DNA of 64,000 bases, taken from Candidatus Rokuibacteriota bacterium. GTDB taxonomy: Bacteria > Methylomirabilota > Methylomirabilia > Rokubacteriales > CSP1-6. Of the stretch, positions 38,531 through 47,455 are shown piece by piece. The number at the start of each line of letters is the position of its first letter. Position 1 is the first letter of the stretch. The position numbers were made by a program, and so were the translations under genes. The stretch is from the NCBI GenBank assembly GCA_003221515.1, contig QHSI01000101.1, forward strand, positions 2,753 to 66,752. The letters run 5' to 3'. The notes beneath the pieces were generated by a model. It did no database searches. It was not told where the DNA came from and was given only the letters and a program-made list of their open reading frames with translations.

Positions 38531-39991
38531 ATGCCAGCGCGCACAGGCAGCGAATATCTCAAGGGGTTGCAGGCGCAAGAGCGCGAGGTCTGGCTGCGGG
38601 GCGAGCGGGTCAAGGACGTGACCACGCACCCCGGGCTGCGCAACGGCGCGCTCGCGATCGCCTCGCTCTACGACATGCAGCACGACCCGCAGCTTCGCGA
38701 CGAGATGACCTACGTCTCGCCCACCAGCGGCGATCGCGTGGGGCTGTCGTTCATCAACCCGCACACCCGCGAAGACGTCGAGCGGCGCGGCCAGATGATG
38801 CTCAACTGGGCGCGCACGACGTGCGGGATGATGGGACGCTCACCCGACTTCATGAACGTCACGTTCGCGGCGTGGGGCGCGGCGGCCGACTACTTTGCCC
38901 GCGGCCGGCCCCAGTTCGGCCAGAACATCAAGCGCTACTACGAGTACATCCGCGAGAACGACCTGACGCTGACCCACTCGTTGATCAACCTGCAGCGGAG
39001 CCGCGACGTCTCCGGCATGTTCAACCTGAAGGAAGGCACGGCGCTGCGGATCGTCCGCGAGACCGACGCCGGCGTCGTGGTGAGCGGCGCCCGGGTCCTC
39101 GCCACGCTCGGACCGCTGTCGGACGAGATCGCCGTGTACTCCCCGCGCCTGGCCCGGCACACGGATCCCCACAGCCCCTTCGCGCTCAACTTCGCGATCC
39201 CCTGCGGCACGCCCGGGCTCAAGTTCCTCTGCCGCGAGAGCTTCGACCTCGGGCGCTCACACTTCGACCATCCGCTGGCCTCGCGCTTCGAGGAGATGGA
39301 CTGCGTCGTGTTCTTCGACGACGTGCTGGTGCCCTGGGAGCGCGTGTTCGTGCTGGGCGACGTCGAGATCCTCAACGACACCGCGTTCGCCACCAACTCG
39401 ATGACCCACACCGCGCACCAGGGCGCCGCCAAGAACCTGGCCAAGTGCGAGTTCGTGCTCGGCGTGGCGCTCCTGATCACCGAGACGCTCGGCAACGCCC
39501 ACCTGCCCCACGCCGAGGAGCGCATCGGCGAGCTGATCATGTACACCGAGCTCATGAAGGCCTGCATGCGCGCCTCCGAGGCCGACGCCAAGCTCAACCA
39601 GTGGGGCGTGATGTGCCCCGCGGCGATGCCGGCCGAGGTCACGCGCAACCTGTTCATGACCGCCTATCCGCGGATGGTCGAGATCCTCCAGCTCCTCGGG
39701 TCGAGCAGCTTCATGATCGTTCCGAGCGAGGCCGACTTCGCGGGGCCGCTGCAGCCGGAGATCGAGCAGTACCTGGCGACCGACAGCGCCAGCGCGCGCG
39801 ATCGGGTGAAGCTCTTCCGCCTGGCGTGGGACATCGCCGGGAGCTCCTTCGGCAGCCGCCAGGTGCTCTACGAGCGCTTCTTCGCCAGCGACCCGCTGAC
39901 GCGCGCGCGCGTCCTGAAAACGATCTTCCCCACGAAGGAAGTGACGGACCGGGTGCGCCAGTTCCTGGCGCGGAGCGACGACACGGCCTGA
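38531..39991 (+). CDS. 4-hydroxyphenylacetate 3-monooxygenase oxygenase-component family (HpaB-like, group-D flavin monooxygenase), 486 aa
   Basis: 'MPARTGSEYLKGLQAQEREVWLRGERVKDVTTHPGLRNGALAIASLYDMQHDP' is the HpaB N-terminus. Ribosome-binding site AAAGGAGAGACCG. Confidence 0.85.
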   Translation: MPARTGSEYLKGLQAQEREVWLRGERVKDVTTHPGLRNGALAIASLYDMQHDPQLRDEMTYVSPTSGDRVGLSFINPHTREDVERRGQMMLNWARTTCGMMGRSPDFMNVTFAAWGAAADYFARGRPQFGQNIKRYYEYIRENDLTLTHSLINLQRSRDVSGMFNLKEGTALRIVRETDAGVVVSGARVLATLGPLSDEIAVYSPRLARHTDPHSPFALNFAIPCGTPGLKFLCRESFDLGRSHFDHPLASRFEEMDCVVFFDDVLVPWERVFVLGDVEILNDTAFATNSMTHTAHQGAAKNLAKCEFVLGVALLITETLGNAHLPHAEERIGELIMYTELMKACMRASEADAKLNQWGVMCPAAMPAEVTRNLFMTAYPRMVEILQLLGSSSFMIVPSEADFAGPLQPEIEQYLATDSASARDRVKLFRLAWDIAGSSFGSRQVLYERFFASDPLTRARVLKTIFPTKEVTDRVRQFLARSDDTA

Positions 39992-40018
39992 TCGCCGACT
40001 CTGCGGCGGCGGGCTCTC

Positions 40019-40420
40019 TTGATCTCTCAATCGGTGGATAACCTGGTGGCAACGGTCAGATATCTGGTCGCCGACGTTGAGCGTTCCTTGGCCTTCTACA
40101 CCACGGCGCTCGGATTCAAGCTGGATCAGAGCATGGCTCCGGCTTTCGCGCGTGTCTCCAAGAATGATCTGACTCTTTGGCTCGCCGGTCCACAGAGCTC
40201 CGCGGCTCGGCCGATGCCTGACGGGCGACGTCCCGAGCCCGGCGGATGGAATCGCTTCGTCGTCGAGATGGAGGATCTTCCGTCACGCGTGGCTGAAATG
40301 AAGCGCGCCGGCCTGCGTTTCCGTAATGATGTGGTCGTCGGCCCCGGCGGCAAGCAGGTCTTGCTCGAGGATCCGGATGGTAATCTTGTCGAACTCTTCG
40401 AGGCTGCGCGATCACACTGA
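40019..40420 (+). CDS. VOC-family (glyoxalase/bleomycin-resistance/dioxygenase) single-domain protein, about 125-133 aa
   Basis: 'VATVRYLVADVERSLAFYTTALGFKLDQ...WNRFVVEMEDL...LLEDPDGNLVELFE'. Start is either TTG 40019 or GTG around 40046. Confidence 0.75.
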   Translation: MISQSVDNLVATVRYLVADVERSLAFYTTALGFKLDQSMAPAFARVSKNDLTLWLAGPQSSAARPMPDGRRPEPGGWNRFVVEMEDLPSRVAEMKRAGLRFRNDVVVGPGGKQVLLEDPDGNLVELFEAARSH

Positions 40421-40438
40421 TCCGGCGGCCGGGGATGT

Positions 40439-41172
40439 CTAGACCTGCCGCAGCTTCGGGTCGAGGCGGTCGCGGACCCAGTCGCCGAGGATGTTCAGCG
40501 AGAGCACGGTGACGAGGATCGCGATGCCCGGGAGGATCGAGACCCACCACGCCTGCTCGATCAGCCCGCGCCCGTCGGCCACCATCACACCCCACGACGG
40601 CGTGGGCGGTGGGATGCCCACGCCGAGGAAGCTCAGCGCCGCCTCGAGCACGATCACGTAGCCGACGTGTAGCGTCGCCAGCACCAGGATCGAGGGCGCC
40701 AGGTTGGGGACGATGTGGCGGAACATGATCGTCCAGCTCGAGCACCCAGCGAGATGTCGGCCAGCCGCATCAGGAGCGTCTCGGTCCAGCCGCCGAGGAA
40801 GCCGGCCAGGAGGCCGATGAGGCTGCCCGCCGCGCCGGTCAGCGTGATGCCGACCACCGACACCGCCAGCGAGATGCGGGCGCCGTAGAGCAGCCGGCTC
40901 AGGGTGTCGCGCCCGTGGCGGTCGGTGCCGAGCACGTGGCCGGGCTTGGCGCCTTCGAGGCCGATCGGCGGCGCCAGCCGCTCACCGAGGGAACCCTCGA
41001 CCGGCGAGTGTGGCGCCAGCAGCGGCGCCAGCACGGCGCACAGCACGAGCAAGACGACGATGGCCAGCGGGACGGCCGGCGGCCACCGTCGGTCGTGACG
41101 ACGCGCGACGGCCGCGTCGTCAGCGGCGAGTGGGGCGCCTGGCGTCGCGTGCGTAGCGGAAGGCACGCTCAT
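40439..41172 (-). pseudogene. DppC/OppC-type ABC permease gene disrupted by an internal out-of-frame deletion of about 165 bp
   Basis: The N-terminal 145 codons are in one frame ('...[15 protein letters not shown]', ending near 40737). The C-terminal 95 codons are in another frame ('[31 protein letters not shown]...DPKLRQV', 40439-40726). The intact paralog (17952-18875) has about 55 extra residues between the equivalent points ('SLPTILIAVVLVAV...FVALAVVAGRSSTW'). Confidence 0.7.
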
Positions 41173-42089
41173 CGCGAGTACCTGATCCTGGGATTCAGAT
41201 ACGCGTAGAGCACATCGACCAGCAGGTTCACGCCGATGTACATCGCCGAGAGGAAGAGCACGACGGTCTGGACGATCGGATAGTCACGCGAGTCGACGGC
41301 CTCGATCACCAGCAGGCCGAGGCCCGGCCAGCCGAACACGGTCTCCACGATGATCGAGCCGTTCAGGAGCGCCACGAACAGGAGCGCGGCGAACGTCACC
41401 ACCGGCAGCGCGGCGTTCTTGAACGCGTGCTTCCAGATCACCCGCCGCTCCGACAGCCCCTTGATGCGCGCGAGCTTGACGTACTCGCTGCCGAGGACGT
41501 CGAGCATCGACGAGCGCGTCAACCGCATGAGGCCGGCGACCGCGAACCAGCCGAGCGTGATGCCCGGCAAGAGGACGTGCATCGGCGTGCCGCGGCCGGA
41601 AGTCGGCAGGAGTCGCAGCAGCACGCCGAAGATGAGCACCAGCACGAGCCCGAGCCAGAACGGCGGCACCGCCTGGCCGAGCGCGGCGAAGGCCCGAGCG
41701 CCGTAGTCGAGCGCGCTGCCGCGTCGGACCGCCGAGTAGACGCCGACCGGGAGCGCGACGACGATCACGACGAGCACGGCGAGGCCGCCGAGCTCGAGCG
41801 TGGCCCCGTAGCGCTCGGCGATCAGGTCGAGGGCCGGGCGTCGGAACCGCACGGACCGGCCGAAGTCTCCCTGGAGCGCCTGGGTCGCGAACTTCCAGTA
41901 CTGGACGTGCCACGGGCGGTCGAGGCCGAGGTGCGCGCGCATCAGCTCGATGTCGGCCTTCGACGCCTCGGCGGGCATCATGATCTGGATGGGATCGCCG
42001 GAGAGGCGCACGAGCGCGAAGACCACGACGGACACCACGACCATGGAGACGACGGACTGGATCAGGCGTCCGACGATGTAGCGTTGCAC
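41169..42089 (-). CDS. ABC transporter permease (DppB/OppB-like), 306 aa
   Basis: 'MQRYIVGRLIQSVVSMVVV...' permease-B architecture. Overlaps the downstream permease-C remnant by 4 nt. Confidence 0.85.
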   Translation of the reverse strand: MQRYIVGRLIQSVVSMVVVSVVVFALVRLSGDPIQIMMPAEASKADIELMRAHLGLDRPWHVQYWKFATQALQGDFGRSVRFRRPALDLIAERYGATLELGGLAVLVVIVVALPVGVYSAVRRGSALDYGARAFAALGQAVPPFWLGLVLVLIFGVLLRLLPTSGRGTPMHVLLPGITLGWFAVAGLMRLTRSSMLDVLGSEYVKLARIKGLSERRVIWKHAFKNAALPVVTFAALLFVALLNGSIIVETVFGWPGLGLLVIEAVDSRDYPIVQTVVLFLSAMYIGVNLLVDVLYAYLNPRIRYSR

Positions 42090-42103
42090 GCCGCCCTACC
42101 GCC

Positions 42104-43267
42104 TCAGGCGCGTCCCCAGAGCTGCTTCGTCGCGATCCGCGCGCCGTCGCTCAGCGCCTTCAGCTTCGCCCAGACCACGCTCGGATGGATCTCGGTCGAT
42201 CCGGCGAACGTCGCGAAGCCGCAGTCGGACCCGGCGATGACGTTCTCGCGCCCGACGACCTTGGCGAACTTCACGATCCGCTCGGCCACCAGCTCTGGAT
42301 GCTCGACCAGATTGGTCGACTGGGTGATCGCGCCCGGGACGAGCAGCGCGCCTTCCGGGAGCTTGACGCCCTCCCACACGCGCCACTCGTGCTCGTGGCG
42401 CGGATTGGCGGCCTCGAACGAGTAGGCGCCGGCGCGGACCTTCAGCATGATGTCCACGACGTGCTTCAGCTCCATGTCGTGGACGCGCGGCCCCATGTTG
42501 ATCCCGTAGCAGGTGTGGAACCGGACCCGCTCGCGCGGCAGCCCGCGGAGCGCGTGGTTCAGCGCCTCCACGCGCACCTCGGCCCACCGGCGGCACTCGT
42601 CCACGGTCGAGCGCGGGTCCATGATGTAGTAGGTCATCAGGCGCGGATCGTCGATCTGCACCAGGAACCCGGCGTCGACGATCGCCTTGTACTCCTCCCG
42701 CATGGCGTCGGCGATCGCGAACAGGTATTCCTCGTCCGTCTTGTAGTAGGTGTTCTCCTGGCGACCCTCGACGTTCGAGGGCGAGATGGCGGGGATGAAC
42801 GCCTCCTCGACCCCGACACCGGCGAGCGCGGCCTTGAGGTTCTCGATGTCCGTCTTCACCTGCGCGTGGCCGTGGTAGGCGATCGGCCCGGTGCACGCGA
42901 ACGTCCGGGCTCGGGTGTTGGCGCTCTGGGGCACGGTGGCCGCGTAGAACTCGGGGAACGAGATGTACTCCTTCGATCCCGACCACGGCAGCCCGGCGGC
43001 CTTGGCGCTCGGCTCGAACCCGCTCAGGCGGTCGGTCACGTAGGTCACGAAGCTCGGCTTGCCCATCTCACCGTCGTCGATCACGTCCACGCCGAGCTCG
43101 ACCTGCCGACGCACGATCTCGCCGACCGCGCTCTTCACCCGGCGCGCGTACGCGTCGCGGTCGTAGGGACGCCCGTCGGCCAGGGCGCGCACCATCTCCA
43201 GCAGGTCGGCCGGCCGCGGCAGGCTGCCCGCGTGCGTCGTGAGGATCCGCTCGCGGCTGCGCTTCAT
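42104..43267 (-). CDS. Cobalamin-independent methionine synthase (MetE C-terminal domain)-like / methionine synthase II family protein, about 388 aa
   Basis: 'MKRSRERILTTHAGSLPRPADLLEMVRALADGR...' typical of the stand-alone MetE-like family. The upstream 108 codons of the track ORF lack homology and overlap the binding-protein fragment. Confidence 0.7.
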   Translation of the reverse strand: MKRSRERILTTHAGSLPRPADLLEMVRALADGRPYDRDAYARRVKSAVGEIVRRQVELGVDVIDDGEMGKPSFVTYVTDRLSGFEPSAKAAGLPWSGSKEYISFPEFYAATVPQSANTRARTFACTGPIAYHGHAQVKTDIENLKAALAGVGVEEAFIPAISPSNVEGRQENTYYKTDEEYLFAIADAMREEYKAIVDAGFLVQIDDPRLMTYYIMDPRSTVDECRRWAEVRVEALNHALRGLPRERVRFHTCYGINMGPRVHDMELKHVVDIMLKVRAGAYSFEAANPRHEHEWRVWEGVKLPEGALLVPGAITQSTNLVEHPELVAERIVKFAKVVGRENVIAGSDCGFATFAGSTEIHPSVVWAKLKALSDGARIATKQLWGRA

Positions 43268-43275
43268 GGCCTGGA

Positions 43276-43728
43276 TCAGCCCGCCGGGCTCACGTACTCG
43301 TAGTTGGTCTCGAGCGGCACGTACGCGAGCGATTGCCAGCCGCCCACCTTCTTGCTCAGCGCCCACGTGACGGACTTCACGCCGAGCATCACGCCGTAGT
43401 AGCACTTCACGCCCGAGCGGAGCTTGAACGTCCACGTCTTGAGCTCGTTCGACGGCTTCCATTCCGTGGCCAGCCCCGGGCGGTACTCGAAGGTCTTCGG
43501 GTCGCGCGTGATCAGCGAATCGTAGACGCAGTCCCACAGGGGCTTCTCGCCCTGCACGCCGCGCCAGGCGAACGGCGTCTCGGTGCCCCACTGACCGACC
43601 GCGACGACGAGGCGCTCGTTGGGGCCGGCGGTGGCGCGAGCGGGGCGAACGACCGGCGCGCCCATGGCGGCGACGGCCGCGGTGCCCGCCCGCCGCAAGA
43701 AACTTCGGCGATCGATCGAACGAGCCAT
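43276..43728 (-). pseudogene. Truncated family-5 ABC substrate-binding protein gene: Tat signal plus the first about 120 mature residues only
   Basis: 'MARSIDRRSFLRRAGTAAVAAMGAP' is a twin-arginine signal (ribosome-binding site GGAGGA). 'PGLATEWKPSNELKTWTFKLRSGVK' SBP_bac_5 motif. The ORF then ends (about 150 aa against about 530 expected), 9 nt before the next gene. Confidence 0.65.
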
Positions 43729-43858
43729 CGTGATGTCCTCCGAGATCTGCCTCAGCTCACGTACTCGAGCGAGACCGCCTCCACCATGTCCGGTCCGTCG
43801 AGCGCGCAGGTCATCACGAGGCGCCCGAGACGTGCATGGGCAGCTCACATCGTGCGCT

Positions 43859-44422
43859 TCAGTCGTGGCCAGCAGGACCGGTCGGCTGCCCCGAGAGTGG
43901 CTTCAGGCGAAGCAGAAACTGTTGGAGCGGCGTGTCGTGGGTCAACGGAATTTCGCAGTGAGCAATTGGCCGGGCGGGGTTCCCCTGGACCATGGTCATG
44001 GGAGGGACGGAACGGGTGACAATACTCCCCGCGGCGACCACCGCGCCACGGCCGAGCGTCACGTTCGGCAAAATGATGCAGCCCGGGCCGACAAACACTT
44101 CATCTTCGATCCGGACTGAGATGCGATCCTTCATTTGGTCCGGAGATGGCGGATCCCCTTCGAAGTGGGCAATGATCGTTGTGCGCATCCCAATGGCCAC
44201 GTTGTTTCCCAGCTGTACCCATTCAGGGTAGGCAGTCTCAATGAGCACGTCGGTCCCGATATACACGGGAGTCCCCATTTTTACGCCCCGCCATCGGTGC
44301 AGCCTGACCCGCAGAGTGGCCTGCCCTGGCGCGTACAGGGCCAGCACCTGCAGCAAACGGTTCTTGACGCCCCGTAGCCGGGGCTCGGGGGGAAATCGGG
44401 GCCTCTTGTCTCTGGATACCAC
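43859..44422 (-). CDS. Hexapeptide-repeat (left-handed beta-helix) acyl/acetyltransferase, 187 aa
   Basis: '...IGTDVLIETAYPEWVQLGNNVAIGMRTTIIAHFEG...VFVGPGCIILPNVTLGRGAVVAAGSIVTRSVPPMTMVQGNPARPI' shows LbH repeats of the WcaF/MAT type. Confidence 0.8.
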   Translation of the reverse strand: MVSRDKRPRFPPEPRLRGVKNRLLQVLALYAPGQATLRVRLHRWRGVKMGTPVYIGTDVLIETAYPEWVQLGNNVAIGMRTTIIAHFEGDPPSPDQMKDRISVRIEDEVFVGPGCIILPNVTLGRGAVVAAGSIVTRSVPPMTMVQGNPARPIAHCEIPLTHDTPLQQFLLRLKPLSGQPTGPAGHD

Positions 44423-44499
44423 CCGGCCTGCCTCCGAAGGGGTGAAAACCCACGTGGATTTTACCAGTGCCTCACTGGCACCGGCGTGAATTCTCGGAA

Positions 44500-44588
44500 A
44501 TCACCGGCCGGAGGTTCTGGAACCAGTAGGCTAGCTTGGGCTACACTTTTCGATACACGGATGATAGTCACACACACTGTGGACATTT
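44500..44588. promoter_or_regulatory. AT-enriched divergent intergenic region between the acyltransferase (-) and LLM (+) genes; candidate divergent promoters/operator
   Basis: Locally low GC ('ACTTTTCGATACACGGATGATAGTCACACACACTGTGGACATTTGTGAAC') in an otherwise about 68% GC sequence. Contains the 12-bp palindrome GGTTCTGGAACC (about 44513-44524). Confidence 0.4.
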
Positions 44589-45608
44589 GTGAACGTGAAA
44601 GCGAAACACGCTGACGCGGTTGTCGAAATCTTCTCTACCTGTCCCGCCTCGAGTACTACGGATCGGGGGGTCTACGCGCGGGCCGTCGCCGAGGTGGCCC
44701 AGTGGAGCGAGCGCTATGGCCACAAAGGAATCCTCGTCTACACCGACAACTCGCTGATCGATCCGTGGCTCGTCAGCCAGATCATCGTGCAGGCCACGAC
44801 AGCCCTGTGTCCCCTGGTCGCCGTGCAGCCCGCTTATATGCACCCGTACGCGGTCGCGAAGATGGTTGCCACCTTTGGCTATTTGTACGGACGGCGCCTC
44901 TACCTGAACATGGTCGCCGGAGGGTTCAGGAACGATCTCCTCGCCCTGAACGACACGACACCGCACGACAGGCGCTATGACCGCTTGCGCGAGTACACGC
45001 TCATCATCACGCGTCTTCTCACCGGCGCTCCGGTCAGTCTCGAGGGTGAGTTCTACACGGTGAACAGACTCCGCCTGACCCCGGCGCTTCATCCCGAATT
45101 GATGCCCGGGATTTTCGTCTCGGCGTCGTCGGACGCCGGCGTCGCCACCGCCCGAGCACTTGGCGCCACGGCCGTGCACTATCCGAAACCGGCCCACGAA
45201 TACGACAACGCACCCTTGACTGTCGAAGGCGCTGGCATTCGAGTGGGCGTCATCGCGCGCCCGAGTGAGGCGGAAGCGTGGGCGACTGCCCGGCAACGCT
45301 TTCCCGAGGACCGGACGGGCCAGATCACGCACCAACTGGCCATGAAGACGTCCGATTCCGTCTGGCACAAGCAACTCTCCGAGCTAGCTGGCGAGAGTGA
45401 GAACCACCCATACTGGCTGGTGCCCTTCCAGAACTACAAGACGTTCTGCCCTTACCTGGTCGGCAGCTACACGCGCGTTGCCGATGAACTGGCCCGGTAC
45501 ATTATCGCGGGATACCACACGTTCATCCTGGACATTCCGCCCGAAGAGGGGGAACTACATCACACCAATATCGCGTTCTCCCGCGCACGCGAGCAGATGG
45601 CGTCATGA
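44589..45608 (+). CDS. LLM-class (luciferase-like) flavin-dependent oxidoreductase, 339 aa
   Basis: TIM-barrel LLM features ('...GILVYTDNSLIDPWLVSQIIVQATTALCPLVAVQPAYMHPYAVAKMVATF...'). GTG start. The stop overlaps the next gene (ATGA). Confidence 0.75.
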   Translation: MNVKAKHADAVVEIFSTCPASSTTDRGVYARAVAEVAQWSERYGHKGILVYTDNSLIDPWLVSQIIVQATTALCPLVAVQPAYMHPYAVAKMVATFGYLYGRRLYLNMVAGGFRNDLLALNDTTPHDRRYDRLREYTLIITRLLTGAPVSLEGEFYTVNRLRLTPALHPELMPGIFVSASSDAGVATARALGATAVHYPKPAHEYDNAPLTVEGAGIRVGVIARPSEAEAWATARQRFPEDRTGQITHQLAMKTSDSVWHKQLSELAGESENHPYWLVPFQNYKTFCPYLVGSYTRVADELARYIIAGYHTFILDIPPEEGELHHTNIAFSRAREQMAS

Positions 45609-47200
45609 CTCGGTTGCTGCAGGGATGGATCACTGAGCACGCGGAACGCCGACCGAGCTCCACGGCGCTGGTCATGCACGACGAGCACCTCAGCTATGAA
45701 CAGATCGAAGCGCGGACGAACCAGCTGGCGAGGATGCTCAAGGCCATCGGCTGCCTGCGAGGAGACCGGGTCGCGCTGCTCATGGGCAAGTCGCCGACGG
45801 CGATCGTCGCGATCCTGGGGATCCTCAAGGCTGATTGTATCTACGTACCCCTCGATCCGGCGAGTCCCGTTCCCCGGCTTGCCCACATGGTCGCCAGCGC
45901 AGAGCCTCGATGCATCCTGGCAGCGGGCCCGACGGCCGCCCTGCTGGACGCTCTGCGGGCGGCCCAACAATCCTCTCGCTCGATCGCCATCGGGTGGATG
46001 GAGCGCGAAACGGTCGCCGGGACACAGGTCACCGCAGCGTTCTCGAGGAACGATGTCGACAGCTGCGCCGCGACACCCTTGGCATACCGCAATGGTCCAC
46101 AGGACACGGCGTATATTCTCTTCACCTCCGGTTCCACCGGCGTCCCCAAGGGAGTGCCGATCACGCACTCTAACGTGGCGCACTTCATCGCATGGGCGAC
46201 TCGGTACTTCGGCATCAGCCCCTCGGACCGGATCTCTGGCCATCCGCCCCTGCACTTCGATCTGTCCGTCTTCGACATCTTCGGGACCTTTGCCGCTGGA
46301 GCCCAGCTTCATCTGGTACCCCACGACCTGACGCTTCTGCCCATTCGACTGGCTCACTTCATTACCACCTCGGAGTTGACCCAGTGGTTCTCGGTCCCAT
46401 CCCTTCTCACGTACATCGCGAAATTCGACGCCATTCCGGCAAATGGCTTCCCAGCGTTGAAGCGCCTCCTCTGGTGCGGAGAGGTGCTGCCGACACCCGT
46501 CCTGATGTACTGGATGAAGCGCCTCCCGTCCGTGAGCTTCACGAACCTCTACGGTCCCACGGAGGCGACGATCGCGAGCAGCTACTACACGGTCCCGACC
46601 TGCCCGGACGATCCGACGGCGCCGATTCCGATCGGGACCGCGTGCGATGGTGAAGAACTGCTCGTTCTCGATGAACGCCTGCAGCCGGTCAGGCCCGGGC
46701 AGACGGGCGATCTGTATATCCGCGGGGTGGGACTCAGTCCGGGCTACTGGCGAGACCCAGAAAAAACACGGACCGCTTTTCTCGCCAACCCGAACAGCCG
46801 CGATCCGTCGGATCGCGTCTACAAAACCGGCGACCTCGCCCGCCTCGGAGGCGACGGCGCCGTCTATTTCCTCGGTCGTGCGGACTCGCAGATCAAGACC
46901 CGCGGCTACCGGATCGAGTTGGGTGAGATCGAGACACATCTGCATGCTCTCCCGCAGCTCAAAGAATCGGCCGTGGTCGCGATCAACACCGATGGATTCG
47001 AGGGCGCCACGATCTGCTGCGCGTACGTGCCCGCTCCCGGCGCCGCGGTGACACCGGCGGCGCTCCGCCAGGAGCTGGCGAAGACCCTGCCGTCCTATAT
47101 GTTGCCGGCCGGCTGGCGGATGTTCGACGCACTCCCCAAGAACGAGAACGGAAAGGTCGATCGACGCCAATTGATGGACGACTTCGGTAGAGATCGCTGA
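45605..47200 (+). CDS. Stand-alone adenylation (AMP-binding) enzyme, DltA-like/NRPS A-domain-like, 531 aa
   Basis: Core motifs 'LFTSGSTGVPKGV', 'NLYGPTEATI', 'YKTGDLAR', 'GRADSQIKTRGYRIELGEIE'. No condensation or thioesterase domain. Confidence 0.85.
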   Translation: MTRLLQGWITEHAERRPSSTALVMHDEHLSYEQIEARTNQLARMLKAIGCLRGDRVALLMGKSPTAIVAILGILKADCIYVPLDPASPVPRLAHMVASAEPRCILAAGPTAALLDALRAAQQSSRSIAIGWMERETVAGTQVTAAFSRNDVDSCAATPLAYRNGPQDTAYILFTSGSTGVPKGVPITHSNVAHFIAWATRYFGISPSDRISGHPPLHFDLSVFDIFGTFAAGAQLHLVPHDLTLLPIRLAHFITTSELTQWFSVPSLLTYIAKFDAIPANGFPALKRLLWCGEVLPTPVLMYWMKRLPSVSFTNLYGPTEATIASSYYTVPTCPDDPTAPIPIGTACDGEELLVLDERLQPVRPGQTGDLYIRGVGLSPGYWRDPEKTRTAFLANPNSRDPSDRVYKTGDLARLGGDGAVYFLGRADSQIKTRGYRIELGEIETHLHALPQLKESAVVAINTDGFEGATICCAYVPAPGAAVTPAALRQELAKTLPSYMLPAGWRMFDALPKNENGKVDRRQLMDDFGRDR

Positions 47201-47203
47201 GAG

Positions 47204-47455
47204 ATGGCCAGGAATATGCGGTTGTGCAACCGACTCACCCAGTTCTTTCGCGACAAGCTCTACCTTGAGGTTCCGTCACCCGACACGGACCTGATCGAGG
47301 CGGGCCTGCTCGATTCTCTGAATTTCGCTCAGTTGATGGTCCACATCGAACAGGAATTCGCCATGCACATCTCTCCGGAGGACCTCGAGTTCGATCACTT
47401 TCGCACCATTGCGAAGATCGCAGCCTTTGTCGCAACCAGGTGGCTGGGCTCTTGA
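47204..47455 (+). CDS. Acyl/peptidyl carrier protein (DltC-like), 83 aa
   Basis: Phosphopantetheine attachment motif 'GLLDSLNFAQL'. Immediately follows the adenylation gene. Confidence 0.8.
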   Translation: MARNMRLCNRLTQFFRDKLYLEVPSPDTDLIEAGLLDSLNFAQLMVHIEQEFAMHISPEDLEFDHFRTIAKIAAFVATRWLGS

